Below are positions 63,482 through 64,000 of a stretch of DNA of 64,000 nucleotides, piece by piece. Source of the stretch: Cypionkella sp. (GTDB taxonomy: Bacteria; Pseudomonadota; Alphaproteobacteria; Rhodobacterales; Rhodobacteraceae); the NCBI RefSeq assembly GCF_028290025.1, contig NZ_JAQGKQ010000055.1, forward strand, positions 1,092 to 65,091, written 5' to 3'. Below the pieces are notes generated by a model. That model searched no databases. It saw nothing but the letters and a program-made list of their open reading frames with translations, and was not told the origin of the DNA. Both the position numbers and the translations under genes were made by a program. Within the stretch, counting starts at the first letter, position 1, and every line of letters begins with the position of its first letter.

Positions 63482-64000
63482 TTACGGAACCGCCGCGAAC
63501 AGGGGCAAAACGCCTTCTTTGAGCGGCACCAGCGAGGCCTGCGACCCGTGCGCACCCGCCTGTAGCAAGGGAAACCGATTGATACGCGGCGTCTGGCCTC
63601 GCGCAGCGGCCATCACGTAGTCAGGCGCAGTCGGAACCGCGCCGGTCGCTCGCAAATCGTTTAGCGCGGCCTCCACCTTGACCAGATAGATCTGCGCCTC
63701 GTCTGGGCTACGCGAATGATAGGCGGCCACGGCCTGAGGCCAGCCGCCTTCGGACTGAAACAGCTCGGTCAGAAACGCTGCGGCATAGGTGGCATTGGTC
63801 TGGGGATCGAACATATCCTCGACCGAGCCAAAATTCTTGCCGTGCCAGTGCAGGTTGATCTGAAAACAACCCGCGTCGAAATTTTCCTCTCCGTTAGCGA
63901 GCAGATCGTTGGCAAAACTGATGGCTTGGTCGGCATCGTCGAACCAATGGCTCTGACCACCCTGATTGATTGCCCATGGCCAAGCCAGACTTTCGTCGCC
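63482..64000 (-). CDS. lytic transglycosylase (SLT) domain protein, 5' end outside window
   Basis: WPWAIN, GCFQINLHWH, FDPQTNATYAA, AYHS. Confidence 0.85.
   Translation of the reverse strand, partial: GDESLAWPWAINQGGQSHWFDDADQAISFANDLLANGEENFDAGCFQINLHWHGKNFGSVEDMFDPQTNATYAAAFLTELFQSEGGWPQAVAAYHSRSPDEAQIYLVKVEAALNDLRATGAVPTAPDYVMAAARGQTPRINRFPLLQAGAHGSQASLVPLKEGVLPLFAAVP

Overview
GC-rich alphaproteobacterial chromosome segment. Gene content and order (acuI, petP-petR, xseB-ispA-dxs, amn-HU, mutM-ubiE-ubiB, flagellar genes with flaF/flbT/DUF1217) point to a Rhodobacterales/Paracoccaceae genome. Left to right: two convergent catabolic operons (SDRs, FAD oxidoreductases, proline-racemase family with an atypical Ser/Cys dyad, DHDPS family, ProC-like, LysR and GntR); acuI; a hut cluster lacking hutG; ohrR-ohr; an RTX-repeat protein; ilvE, petPR, HDAC-xseB-ispA-dxs; katG-oxyR; a transglutaminase / circularly permuted ATP-grasp / alpha-E operon; terC with a structured leader; amn, HU, GST/WYL, corA, mutM, ubiE/ubiB; and a decaying flagellar cluster (fliI missing its 5' part at a deletion junction, frameshifted flhB, FlhA substitutions at conserved sites). 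No rRNA, tRNA, CRISPR, transposase or phage genes were seen. The most striking unexplained signal is a ~73-bp non-coding element present four times between 30.3 and 47.6 kb: a 16-bp palindrome TGTCCAC-N2-GTGGACA, an IHF-consensus site near mid-spacer, and a CtrA-type TTAA-N7-TTAA box at a fixed 41-42 bp distance. Three copies lie within ~3 kb of an apparent C-rich to G-rich strand-skew switch (~45-46.5 kb) that could mark the replication origin. All calls were made by eye from sequence motifs; no searches were run.
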